The translations under genes were made by a program, and so were the position numbers. The notes below the pieces were generated by a model, which saw nothing but the letters and a program-made list of their open reading frames with translations, had not been told where the DNA came from and did not search any database. This document shows positions 18,237 through 27,575 of a stretch of DNA of 64,000 nt, piece after piece. The stretch comes from Candidatus Anderseniibacteriota bacterium (GTDB lineage Bacteria > Patescibacteriota > JAUYIX01). Within the stretch, counting starts at the first letter, position 1; each line of letters starts with the position of its first letter. The stretch is taken from NCBI GenBank assembly GCA_046350855.1, contig JAXLZM010000004.1:10491-74490 (forward strand), given 5' to 3'.

Positions 18237-19118
18237 ATGCTCCGTCGTCTACTCTTTTTTGCAGGTGCAGCCCTCGTCTTTATTCTCGGCTCGGGCATCG
18301 CCATTTGGCGCGCGATCAGTAGCCCCTATCCCTACTCCTTTATCTTTTTTGGAGACGCCGGTGAGCCTAACCAACACTGGAACGCGATTGCGACGAGCAT
18401 CGTCAAACAGGTGCAGACCGACCCTATCGATGGGCTGTTTATGCTGGGTGACAACATCTACGACAGCGGGGCCACGAGCGCCACAGATCCACGATTTGCC
18501 GAACTCTACGAAAAACCCTTTGCGCCAATTAGTGCTTCTAGCAAAATCGATGTGGTTTTGGGCAATCATGACGTCATCACCGACAATGGCCAGGGCGAAC
18601 TCGACTACGCGGCGATGCATGCTTACTGGCATTTACCGAGCCAGTATTATGCGGACACCTACGGGCCGATCGAGGTAATCGGACTCGACTCCAATCAGGC
18701 CGCGGTCGACCAAGTTCAATTAGACTTTTTGCGAGAGGAACTTACCAACGACCACGCTCAGTTACATATTGTGTTGGCCCACCATCCGATCTACTCATCG
18801 GGGCTACATGGACGTGCCAACGATCAACCCTGGATGCACACACTCGTGCAGCCGGTGTTACAGGCGGGCAACGCAGATTTCTTTTTAGCGGGCCATGACC
18901 ATGACTTTGAGGCAATCAAATCGGACGGGTCGGGGGTTAACTACATTGTATGCGGTGGTGCAGCACGCCCCCGACCAATCACGGCAAGTGCGCTGAGCGA
19001 ACAGGTTCTGGAAGGATACACGTTTTGCCGACTCGACGTGTCAAAGCAACAAGCGGTGTTACGCGTGTACGGAGAAACCGGCGAACAACTCTGGCAAAAA
19101 GAGTATGTGCTTCGGTAA
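18237..19118 (+). CDS. Exported metallophosphoesterase (purple acid phosphatase-like)
   Basis: GD, LGDNIY, LGNHD, HHPIY and AGHDH motifs. Confidence 0.92.
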   Translation: MLRRLLFFAGAALVFILGSGIAIWRAISSPYPYSFIFFGDAGEPNQHWNAIATSIVKQVQTDPIDGLFMLGDNIYDSGATSATDPRFAELYEKPFAPISASSKIDVVLGNHDVITDNGQGELDYAAMHAYWHLPSQYYADTYGPIEVIGLDSNQAAVDQVQLDFLREELTNDHAQLHIVLAHHPIYSSGLHGRANDQPWMHTLVQPVLQAGNADFFLAGHDHDFEAIKSDGSGVNYIVCGGAARPRPITASALSEQVLEGYTFCRLDVSKQQAVLRVYGETGEQLWQKEYVLR

Positions 19119-19160
19119 AGCACATGATACTGACGTATCAAAGAGACAGGATCAGCCAAT

Positions 19161-19192
19161 AAGAAAAGCCGCACTCGAGTGTGAGTGCGGCT
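19161..19192 (-). terminator. Intrinsic terminator
   Basis: AGCCGCACTC...GAGTGCGGCT with a U-tract on the minus strand. Confidence 0.7.
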
Positions 19193-19215
19193 GGACTGGT
19201 GAGGCGCGGCGGGGA

Positions 19216-19458
19216 TTAGAGGTCGGGATTCATGATCAGCTGATCAACCGACGAAGACGACACCCCTGTCGCTACGATCTTTTCGCGTAGCTGATCGTAG
19301 AGGCCAGCGTACTTACGTCGCTCCTTAGCGAACTCATTGAGTTCACCAAAAGCGCGGTAGGCATCCTCGGCCGGCTGCAAGTCGTTGCAGATAGACTTGG
19401 CCGAACGGGCGCGGGTGATGAGGTTGCGTTGTTCTCGGGTCAGCTCCAGCGTTGTCAT
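19216..19458 (-). CDS. Small helical hypothetical protein
   Basis: MTTLELTREQ...; GGGGGTG SD-like upstream and terminator downstream. Confidence 0.55.
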   Translation of the reverse strand: MTTLELTREQRNLITRARSAKSICNDLQPAEDAYRAFGELNEFAKERRKYAGLYDQLREKIVATGVSSSSVDQLIMNPDL

Positions 19459-19578
19459 GACGCACCCCCAGGGAAGAAAGGTCTGCTCTAAGCCTGAGCC
19501 GGCCAGAGCCACCCGTCAACGGGGTTTTCAACAGCCAAAAAACCGCGGCAGGAACCATGGTGCATTGTCGTATTTGTC

Positions 19579-19654
19579 TGGTGACCCCACCGGGAATCGA
19601 ACCCGGGTTTCAAGGATGAGAACCTTGTGTCCTAGGCCACTAGACGATAGGGCC
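19579..19654 (-). tRNA. tRNA-Glu(CTC)
   Basis: GGCCCTATCGTCTAGTGGCCTAGGACACAAGGTTCTCATCCTTGAAACCCGGGTTCGATTCCCGGTGGGGTCACCA. Confidence 0.97.
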
Positions 19655-19700
19655 GCGCTAGGTAGCCGCTATCCTGCCAGGGATTTTAACTTTGCTCAAG

Positions 19701-21044
19701 CTAGCGGTTCTCCCAGAGTCCGGTTTGGCGCACGAGCAATTGATCGGCGCGCTCGGGCTCGGCCATGAGTGATTTGACCACACGCTCCATGCGCATCACT
19801 TGGCTACCTTTGACCAGCAACACATCCCCCGCGCGCATGACCGTCTGCAAGACGGCCTCGACTTGGCTGGCATCGTTGACGTGCGTCTGCCGTTGGTCGA
19901 TCAAGCCCACTTGCTCGGCGGCGAGGGCCGCAAACTTCATTTTTGGGCCGACAAAAATCGCAAAGTCACAGGCAGTGGCGGCGCGTTTACCGACCGCTTG
20001 GTGTCCAGACTCGGTCGCGGCGCCTAGTTCGGCCATGTCACCTAAGATCGCGATGCGACGACCCTGCGGTTTGAGCTCAGCTAAGACGTCCAACGCTGCA
20101 CTGGTCGAGGCGGGAGAAGCGTTGTAGGTATCGTCAATAATGAGGGAATCTTTGAGACCCGGAATGAGGTTCATCCGACCAAGCGGTGGGACAAACTCCA
20201 GCAAGGCCTGGCTGATCTCGACCAAGTTGCGCCCGCGCGCTAGCCCCACTGCCGCCGCCGCCAAAGCCGAGTACACCTGCTGGGTCCCAAGGACACGCGG
20301 CAAACGCACCGGGACGGTCTGGCCCTTATAGCTGATCTTAAAGGCCGTCCCGAGCGGCACCCCGAGACCCTGCAGCCGTTGCAAAGTGTGATCCTGCAGC
20401 GCTTTGTCCGGTAATTGATCCGTGGCAGTGAGACCAATACCCCGTACGTCCGCTTCGTTGTGGATCCCAAAGGTCATCACGGTACCATCGTGTGGTCGCA
20501 TTTTACTGACCCGTGGATCGTCGGCGTTGACGATGGCGATTCCGCTCGCGGGGAGCGCCTCAATAATCGTGGCTTTTTCTTTAGCGATTGCCTCGAGACT
20601 CGTAAAAAACTCCAAGTGCGACTCACCCACGTTAGTCACGACACTGATCGAGGGCTGCGCAATCGCGACCAACTGAGCCAAATCCCCCGGATGATCCATG
20701 GCCATCTCAAGCACCAAAACGGCGGGGTAGTGTTCAGCCGTAGATCGGGCCGAACCGCGCGCGAGTGTGCGGGCCCGACGCAGTAATCGCCACCAACCTA
20801 AGAGGCTGCGGCCTGGCGAGGGTTCTCCCAAAATGGTGAGTGGCAAACCGAGCTCGTTGTTGTAGTTACCTTGGCTCGCCCGAACGGTCTCGTGTGTCCC
20901 AAGTACCGCGGCAATCGCGTCTTTAGTACTGGTCTTGCCGACACTGCCCGTCACCGCTACGACAACCGGCTTGTAACGCGCCAACACCGCGCGCGCTGCC
21001 TCGGCCAACTGCTGCTCTAGTTTTACCTGAAACTGTCGTTGCAT
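19701..21044 (-). CDS. murF: UDP-N-acetylmuramoyl-tripeptide--D-Ala-D-Ala ligase
   Basis: VTGSVGKTSTK, NYNNELGLPLT, IDDTYNASP, LGDMAELG, LVKGS. Confidence 0.96.
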   Translation of the reverse strand: MQRQFQVKLEQQLAEAARAVLARYKPVVVAVTGSVGKTSTKDAIAAVLGTHETVRASQGNYNNELGLPLTILGEPSPGRSLLGWWRLLRRARTLARGSARSTAEHYPAVLVLEMAMDHPGDLAQLVAIAQPSISVVTNVGESHLEFFTSLEAIAKEKATIIEALPASGIAIVNADDPRVSKMRPHDGTVMTFGIHNEADVRGIGLTATDQLPDKALQDHTLQRLQGLGVPLGTAFKISYKGQTVPVRLPRVLGTQQVYSALAAAAVGLARGRNLVEISQALLEFVPPLGRMNLIPGLKDSLIIDDTYNASPASTSAALDVLAELKPQGRRIAILGDMAELGAATESGHQAVGKRAATACDFAIFVGPKMKFAALAAEQVGLIDQRQTHVNDASQVEAVLQTVMRAGDVLLVKGSQVMRMERVVKSLMAEPERADQLLVRQTGLWENR

Positions 21045-21058
21045 AGAGTATCTAGGGC

Positions 21059-22900
21059 TTAGTTCTTCTTATTCTCACGATTCTCGGGGATCCGCAAGTA
21101 GTGCAGGATCTGCGGCACCAACTCTTTAAACATGGGAGCGGCAGTGTTAGCTCCGTGGATCGAGGTGGCTGGGTCAAACAACCGGATCAGTACCATGATC
21201 TGTCGGTCGCCCGGCACCGGCCCGTAGCCTTCAAAGGAGGCGATCCAGGTGCTGCTATCGTAGACTCCTTTGTCGTTGGCCACCTGCGCGGTACCGGTCT
21301 TACCGGCCATGACATAGTTGTCGATGCGGGCCTGGTTGGCCACACCGTTCTCAACCGCTGAGACGAGCATGGCGGTAGTCTTGAGTGCGGTTGAGGGTTT
21401 GAGCGGTTCACTCACCACTTTTGGCGTAACCTCCGTCACCGTCCCATCCGGCGCTCTAAACTCACGCACGATATGGGGTTGCATGATACGTCCCTCGTTG
21501 GCCAGCGAACTCAAAGCCGTAATGAGGTGCAACGGCGTGGTAGCAATACCCTGTCCAAAACCGGTGGTAGCAAGCTGTGACTCGGACCAGGTGTCAGGGT
21601 CGGCCACGTGCACCTCAGCCTCTGAGTCTAACTCGATGCCGGTTAGCGCATTGAGACCGTACTTAACCAAATAGTCGTAGAGATCATCGCTCCCAATTTT
21701 TTGTGAGATCTGCGACATGGCCACGTTAGAGGAGCGCTCGAGTGCACCGGTTGTGGTGATCAACCCTGGTCCTTTTTGGTCAAAGTTACAGATGTTAAAG
21801 ACGTCCACCTTACGGCAGCCATTGTCGACGTAGGTGGTGTTCTCGTCGATCAAGCCCAGGTCAACCCCCGCCGCAACCACCAGAGGCTTAAAGGTAGAAC
21901 CCGGTTCGTAGCTATCAAAGATGGCCGAATTTTTAAAGACCGAGAGATCTTTGACCTCATCGTATGTATTGGGATCAAAATCGGGATAGGCCGCCATGCC
22001 CAGAATCTCGCCGTTGTGCGGGTTGAGCACGATAATGTCGCCATACTTAGCTTGATACCGCTTGACCCCCGCCTCTAACTCCTGCTGCGCCAGGTATTGA
22101 ATAGTCCGATCAAGCGTCAAAACGACATCCGTACCGTTTTGAGCGGGAGCCACCTGGTTGTCAGCTGCCACGATGCGCCGCCCACTCGAGTCGCTCTCAG
22201 ATTGGAGAGTACCGGCTTTACCGGCGAGTTCATCATTGTAGTACCCCTCGATACCGTACTGTCCGATCAGCGTCTCATCCGTAAACCCGACATAGCCCAC
22301 CACCTGCGCGGCCAAACTCCCCTCGGGGTAGGTCCGCCAGTCCTCGGCGTTAGCGGCGATACCCGCTAAGTCTTTACCATCTAACGTCTCCCACGTTTTT
22401 TTATCGACCTTGCGCTTGATGGGTTCGTAGAGATCTTCCTTATCCTGCAAACGTGCAATGAGGTCTTTTTGTTGGTCCTTGCTCAGCTTGAGAACCTCCG
22501 CGACTTGTGAGACGGTCGCCTCGATATCCTCGACGTCACGCGGCACGGCGTAGACAAACATGAGCTCTTGATTGGTGGCGAGCGGAAACTCCTCGCCCGA
22601 GTTGACATCCCGCGCATAAATCGTCCCGCGCGAAGGGTTGAGCTGCTTGATCAGCGCCCGCTGACCCTCGGCCACCGCTGAGTAGTACCGCCCTTGTGCC
22701 ACCTGTAAAAAAAACAGGCGCGAGACGATCGCCAGCGCAAACAGCAAAATAAAGAGTGACAAAAAAGGCACACGCTCCCGCTCCGGCTTACTCAGACTGA
22801 ACAACGAACGCCGGGTCCCACGCTTAGGAGGTCGCAAATCCCCCGCGGAGCGTGCTCGGTCGGTGCGGTTACCGCTTGGCTTAAAAAAACTCGCCATCAC
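21059..22900 (-). CDS. ftsI: Class B penicillin-binding protein (FtsI-like)
   Basis: TM, RGTIY, EPGSTFK (SxxK), SSN, KTGTAQ; dcw cluster context. Confidence 0.9.
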   Translation of the reverse strand: MMASFFKPSGNRTDRARSAGDLRPPKRGTRRSLFSLSKPERERVPFLSLFILLFALAIVSRLFFLQVAQGRYYSAVAEGQRALIKQLNPSRGTIYARDVNSGEEFPLATNQELMFVYAVPRDVEDIEATVSQVAEVLKLSKDQQKDLIARLQDKEDLYEPIKRKVDKKTWETLDGKDLAGIAANAEDWRTYPEGSLAAQVVGYVGFTDETLIGQYGIEGYYNDELAGKAGTLQSESDSSGRRIVAADNQVAPAQNGTDVVLTLDRTIQYLAQQELEAGVKRYQAKYGDIIVLNPHNGEILGMAAYPDFDPNTYDEVKDLSVFKNSAIFDSYEPGSTFKPLVVAAGVDLGLIDENTTYVDNGCRKVDVFNICNFDQKGPGLITTTGALERSSNVAMSQISQKIGSDDLYDYLVKYGLNALTGIELDSEAEVHVADPDTWSESQLATTGFGQGIATTPLHLITALSSLANEGRIMQPHIVREFRAPDGTVTEVTPKVVSEPLKPSTALKTTAMLVSAVENGVANQARIDNYVMAGKTGTAQVANDKGVYDSSTWIASFEGYGPVPGDRQIMVLIRLFDPATSIHGANTAAPMFKELVPQILHYLRIPENRENKKN

Positions 22901-22941
22901 TGGTTAGTGTATACCACTCCAAAAGCCGCAACGGTCGAGGC

Positions 22942-23337
22942 TTACTGATTGCTCGCCGCTTTAGCCAAGGTCTCGTCGCTCAAGCGAATCGTGCTCACTT
23001 TGGTGACGGGTACAAAATTGAGCTGGCTGTCCTTGAGAGAATTCTCTAAACGATCGATCGAGCGCAATTTGGAGAGGTCGACTTCGAGCTGTTCGTTTTG
23101 CTCACGTAACTGGTCGGCCTGTTGCTCTTTGGTATGCAGGTCAAAACCTTCGGCTGAGGTGGTGCTAGTCGACATAATAAAGAAAAGCGCCAGGATCCCG
23201 ACCAGACCGACCGTGACGATGGTCAGGGTAACGGGCCCGAGTTTAACCGGAAAACGCAAGGCTCGCGTGCGACCAGCACGTGCTCCAAGCCCAGATCCCG
23301 TTGCTCCCGAACGTGTAATGGAGAGTAGGCGCGCCAT
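22942..23337 (-). CDS. FtsL-like bitopic coiled-coil division protein
   Basis: Single TM plus leucine heptad coiled coil, in the usual ftsL position between mraZ and ftsI. Confidence 0.65.
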   Translation of the reverse strand: MARLLSITRSGATGSGLGARAGRTRALRFPVKLGPVTLTIVTVGLVGILALFFIMSTSTTSAEGFDLHTKEQQADQLREQNEQLEVDLSKLRSIDRLENSLKDSQLNFVPVTKVSTIRLSDETLAKAASNQ

Positions 23338-23341
23338 CGGC

Positions 23342-23773
23342 TTAGACCCCTAGGTCAGTTAGTTGTTCAGCGATATCACCACTCTTTTTCTCGGTAGCAG
23401 CGGTGTACCGTTGCCAGGCGGCTTTATCCCAGAGTTCGATGCGGTTGTAGAGACCGGCTAAGATCACCTGCTTGGCAATTTTGGCGTAGTGACGCAGATA
23501 CTCCGGCAGAACCACTCGCCCTTGTCGGTCGAGCTGCACATCCATCGCACCCGCCAGCATCAAGCGCGCAAAGGCTCGGGTGTTGGATTTGGCGATAGAA
23601 AGCTTAGAGAGACGGTCGGCCAGGGACTTCCACTCCTCGAGCGGGTACAAAAATAAGCTGCCGTCTAAACCACGGGTTACTACGGCTCCTTTAGAGAGGC
23701 GCGCCCTAAATTTAACCGGCACCGCGAGGCGGCCTTTGTCATCGATATTGTGCTGGTACTCCCCTATAAACAC
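23342..23773 (-). CDS. mraZ: Division/cell wall cluster transcriptional repressor MraZ
   Basis: MFIGEYQHNIDDKGR...DRQGRV...IELW. Confidence 0.97.
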   Translation of the reverse strand: MFIGEYQHNIDDKGRLAVPVKFRARLSKGAVVTRGLDGSLFLYPLEEWKSLADRLSKLSIAKSNTRAFARLMLAGAMDVQLDRQGRVVLPEYLRHYAKIAKQVILAGLYNRIELWDKAAWQRYTAATEKKSGDIAEQLTDLGV

Positions 23774-23817
23774 TGGTTTGGGCGGTTTTAAGCGGTTTTT
23801 AGTTGGATTTCACGACT

Positions 23818-23918
23818 GGTGGAACACGTAGAGCAGCCCCGCCGGAGAGTAACGCCTGATCCAGGGCGATCAGACAGCTACTCTCCGCTAGGCCGTGTCT
23901 TGCAGGGACTTGTCCACC
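23818..23918 (-). ncRNA. Candidate structured RNA in the mraZ 5' leader (unassigned family)
   Basis: Nested stems GGTGGA/TCCACC, ACACG/CGTGT, CGGAGAGTAGC/GTTACTCTCCG and CTGATC/GATCAG. Confidence 0.55.
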
Positions 23919-23929
23919 TTTCGGCTTCC

Positions 23930-24037
23930 TTATCCCCACAATTATCCACTTTTCACCTCTCTGAATCCATTTTATTCCACCTGACTTCCCCTTGCAACCC
24001 CCATCCACTACAAAAAAGTGGCCAAATTTGGCCACTT
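23930..24037 (-). promoter_or_regulatory. Probable MraZ-binding GTGG repeat array and promoter region
   Basis: GTGG-like tetramers on the minus strand at roughly 10-bp spacing (plus-strand CCAC at 23936, 23946, 23977, 24005; CCAT at 23967), plus palindrome AAGTGGCCAAATTTGGCCACTT at 24016-24037. Confidence 0.7.
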
Positions 24038-24086
24038 ATACACAGATTTGTCGAGCGAGCGTCGCGTTACGGCTTATAGACGCACG

Positions 24087-24665
24087 TTACTGCCAGGTAA
24101 ACGAGCGTGCCAGGGTCTCAAACGCTTCGAGGGTGGTGACCGAGGGGTGTTCTACCAAAAAAATGAGCCTGGTTTTACCGCGCTCAAAGCCAAGCGCGGT
24201 TGTAGTGGGCCCCTGTGCCCGCAGGCCTGACTCACGTTGCACATAGGGCCGCACGGCTTGCGCTTTGGTCAGCTCGCGCAAGGTTTGCGCAAGATCCGCG
24301 CTATCGGTTGCGATGCGGAGATGAATCTCGCCGTCCTTGGTGTGCAAGCTGTGGAGCGTGTCGGATTTTGGTTCATCCGTGACGCCGGCGGCAAGCTGTA
24401 TCGTAGCGGCACCATCAAGCAAGACCAATGTTTGGCTGGTTTTAGTAGCGTCACTAGGAAAGTACTTATTAAAAGCGACGGCCGCGTTGCTCCCGGTCTG
24501 ATGGGTCTCGAGCAGCTGCGCCTCTAGATGCTGGCCATACTGCGGGACGACGTGTGCGAGCAGGCCGAGTGTGGTGATCAACCCGAGCGTAAGCAGCCCC
24601 ATCGTGAGGTAGGGCCAGATTCCTGACCGGTGTGTACGACTCCCCTTGTGGGTTACCTGCGGCAT
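24087..24665 (-). CDS. Membrane-anchored hypothetical protein
   Basis: N-terminal TM; 3 nt downstream of the regulator gene. Confidence 0.6.
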   Translation of the reverse strand: MPQVTHKGSRTHRSGIWPYLTMGLLTLGLITTLGLLAHVVPQYGQHLEAQLLETHQTGSNAAVAFNKYFPSDATKTSQTLVLLDGAATIQLAAGVTDEPKSDTLHSLHTKDGEIHLRIATDSADLAQTLRELTKAQAVRPYVQRESGLRAQGPTTTALGFERGKTRLIFLVEHPSVTTLEAFETLARSFTWQ

Positions 24666-24668
24666 GCC

Positions 24669-25274
24669 TTAGGCAAACAGCGTGTTGAACTTTTTGCGGA
24701 CGTTATCGGAGAGCTCGTTGACGACGATGAGATGTTCGTGATCAAAAATGTCCTTGAGAAACCGATCGGTCATGTTTTGGCGATACTCAAACTCATCCTC
24801 GGACATGCAGGTGTAATTGATCTCCTCGCTGATATCATCCTCAAGAGAGGAAATGAGGCGCTCGAGCCGTTTTTTATCGACACTGTTGCCCACCACCAAC
24901 AGATCGGTGCGCGGGCTGGGATGCTTGGTAAAGACACCGGTCAGGACGGCCAGTCGAATGTTGCCGACCGATTCAACCTGCTTAATGAGGCGTTGCTCGG
25001 GAGTAACACCAACTTTGAGGATCAAAGCACGCAGTTCTGGAAAAAACGGACAGGATTTACGGATCATGTAGTAGCGGCGGCGGTTTTTATCGATGCTCTC
25101 AACCAAGCCGATTTTTTCGAGGATCGACAACTCGCGGCGCACCGAGTTAATAGTGTCCGAGAGACGACGCGTAATCTCACGCACAAAGTAGGATTTATCC
25201 GGGTCGGTCAAAAGTAAGGTCAGCACTTTGACCCGTGTTTTTGAGCCGAACAATTTAGAGAGGGTGTTTGGCAT
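24669..25274 (-). CDS. Winged-helix regulator with C-terminal nucleotidyltransferase-like domain
   Basis: LFGSKTRVKVL...YFVREITR...NSVRREL HTH; C-terminal 'TGVF...DLLVVG...EINYT'. Confidence 0.8.
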   Translation of the reverse strand: MPNTLSKLFGSKTRVKVLTLLLTDPDKSYFVREITRRLSDTINSVRRELSILEKIGLVESIDKNRRRYYMIRKSCPFFPELRALILKVGVTPEQRLIKQVESVGNIRLAVLTGVFTKHPSPRTDLLVVGNSVDKKRLERLISSLEDDISEEINYTCMSEDEFEYRQNMTDRFLKDIFDHEHLIVVNELSDNVRKKFNTLFA

Positions 25275-25418
25275 GTACGAGCAGAGCCTAGGTTGAGTAC
25301 GAATTTAGTTCAAGTGGAACGGTTCCACTCTACGCTCACGTCTGTTGGTACGCAAGCGGTGCTTGGCCAGTCGGGGTTGGCTTGCCAACTACCCGCCTGA
25401 ATGGTACGTTTTGGCACC

Positions 25419-27575
25419 ATGACGGAACGTGCAGCGGCCGCCACTCCGTCGGCATTGCGGCTCGCAAACTTCAATACGTTCAACCCAAAAACGAGCCTGC
25501 ATTTTGCAGAGACCTACGTTTTTAGACCCAAGCAGCTTGCCTCTTTTGGCGAACTCTTTGTCGTGCTGCAAATCGATCACGCCACCAAGTCCAGCCCGCA
25601 AGTAGGTGATGCGGTCGCCACGATTTTGAACCACGAGTACTTTAGGGGCAACCCCACCAACGTCGTCCAAAACTTGGAGGATGCGCTCCACAAAACCAAT
25701 GAGATTTTGTCGGACTTAGCGGCACGGGGTGAGATCCACTGGATCGGCAAACTGCACGCCGTGATTGGTGTGTTTCAAAAGGACACCATTCACCTGAGCG
25801 CCAGTGGTCGCGGCAAGGCTTTTTTGGTGCGAGATGGTGAGATCGCCGAGGTGACGGCCGGACTGTATGACAGCAGCCGCGCCGCAAGCCCCATGAAGAC
25901 CTTTGAGAACCTCGCCTCGGGGGAACTACGCGAGGGTGACACCCTGATCCTCACGACACCGGGCGTAACCGATTACGTTACCCCAGAGGCTCTGCGCACG
26001 ATTCTAGAAAATAAGGAGCCGGTTGAGGCAGTTAAAACGATTCAAACCCGCGTGAGCCACGATGCTGCGGCGGCTAATGCCTCGGTAGTCTTTCGGTATA
26101 GTAAGCAGCAGCTCTCCCCCGCGGTTGGGATCGGCGTGAGTGCAGCGCCGCACGTGCATACGTACGAGAGTGAACCACCCGCCAAGGAGCACAAAGAGCA
26201 ACTCGCAACGGTTGCACCAACCTCTGGTCGCAGTGCTGCGGCACCCCAAAAGAAAAAGAGCGTGCTCGCTGGAGTGACCGGTTTTTTTAGTGCACTCACC
26301 AAGCGCATTAGTGGACTGGTAGCGCGCCGCGGTCGCTCGCGGAGCGTCTCAAAGGACAAGCCGGTCAGCGCCGCCAGAGAGTCGATCAAGACTCCTCAGA
26401 TGGATGCAACTGCGTCCAGTAATAGACAAAAAACGAGCGTGGGGTCGCTCTGGACCCGTCTCAAAAAAGCAATCATCCGCATGCCAGCCCGGGTCAAAGT
26501 CTTTGGAGCATTGGCCTTACTGCTGGTAGTGATTTTTGTGGTGAGCTTAGTCATTTTTACCAGTGTCCGCGGTTCTCGCCAAAACCAAGCCTCGATCACT
26601 AGCCAATTTAGTGAAGCTAAAAAGCTCGAAGAAGACGCGGCCGCGGCAATTATTTTTCATGATCTGACGCAAGCCCAAAATCTTCTCAAGCAGGCCGAAG
26701 AAAAACTAAAAGGGCTGCCCGACAACAATGCCGCCATCGGCAGTGACCTTGAGACGCTTAAAGGCAAAATCGCAGCCGACTACGAAAAACTCTCCGGCAG
26801 TGTGCGTATCAATGAGCCAACTAAGCTGGCAAGTTTATCCGGTAACCCCTTGGGCGTAACCCTACTCAATGGAGAACTGGTTAGCTGGCTCTCCAACGGC
26901 AAAATTTCCGTTGTGGCGATTAAAGATGGCGACACGGCCACGGCCGCCACCCTCAGTAAAGAGCTGGGACAGCCCCTAGTTGGTGCCGTGGACGAGTCGC
27001 AACTGGTGCTTTTGACCGACGAAGATAGCGCGGTGGGTTTTGAGGATGGCAAATTAAAAGAACTCGAGATGGGCGGAACCTTTGCTCCCAAGCAAGCCGT
27101 GGCGGTTGAGACCTATGGTAACCGTCTTTATGTGTTGGATGCCGGCAAAAAAGAGATTACGCGGCATCAGCGCACGATTGCCGGCTACGGACAGGGTTCG
27201 AGCTGGATCTTAGACGGCACCTCGATCGAGGGGGCGGTCGACTTGGCTATCGATGGCAACGTGTGGGTCCTCAAATCGGATGGTTCGATCATTAAGTTTT
27301 TGCAAGGCAGCAAAGAGGACTTTACTCTCGGACCCGTGGTTGATCCGCTGGAATCCCCCACCCGCATCGTGACCTCCGAGGATTCTAAGTATCTCTACAT
27401 TTTAGAACCAAAGAAAAAGCGCCTACTACAGTTTGACAAAGAAAAAGGCGACTTTATTAAACAGTTTGTCTCGGACGCCTTTACCGACCTACGCGACATG
27501 GCCATCATTGACAAGGGTGCCAAGGCCTATCTGCTCAACGGTGATTCGGTCTTTGAAATCGACCTCAATAAGTAG
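25419..27575 (+). CDS. PP2C/PPM-like N-terminal domain, TM, coiled coil and extracellular beta-propeller
   Basis: GRGKAFLVRDG...SGELREGDTLILTTPG; TM; propeller blades YGNRLYVLD, LAIDGNVWVL, YLYILEP. Start 25419 follows a TTGCCA-N17-TACGTT promoter. Confidence 0.75.
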   Translation: MTERAAAATPSALRLANFNTFNPKTSLHFAETYVFRPKQLASFGELFVVLQIDHATKSSPQVGDAVATILNHEYFRGNPTNVVQNLEDALHKTNEILSDLAARGEIHWIGKLHAVIGVFQKDTIHLSASGRGKAFLVRDGEIAEVTAGLYDSSRAASPMKTFENLASGELREGDTLILTTPGVTDYVTPEALRTILENKEPVEAVKTIQTRVSHDAAAANASVVFRYSKQQLSPAVGIGVSAAPHVHTYESEPPAKEHKEQLATVAPTSGRSAAAPQKKKSVLAGVTGFFSALTKRISGLVARRGRSRSVSKDKPVSAARESIKTPQMDATASSNRQKTSVGSLWTRLKKAIIRMPARVKVFGALALLLVVIFVVSLVIFTSVRGSRQNQASITSQFSEAKKLEEDAAAAIIFHDLTQAQNLLKQAEEKLKGLPDNNAAIGSDLETLKGKIAADYEKLSGSVRINEPTKLASLSGNPLGVTLLNGELVSWLSNGKISVVAIKDGDTATAATLSKELGQPLVGAVDESQLVLLTDEDSAVGFEDGKLKELEMGGTFAPKQAVAVETYGNRLYVLDAGKKEITRHQRTIAGYGQGSSWILDGTSIEGAVDLAIDGNVWVLKSDGSIIKFLQGSKEDFTLGPVVDPLESPTRIVTSEDSKYLYILEPKKKRLLQFDKEKGDFIKQFVSDAFTDLRDMAIIDKGAKAYLLNGDSVFEIDLNK

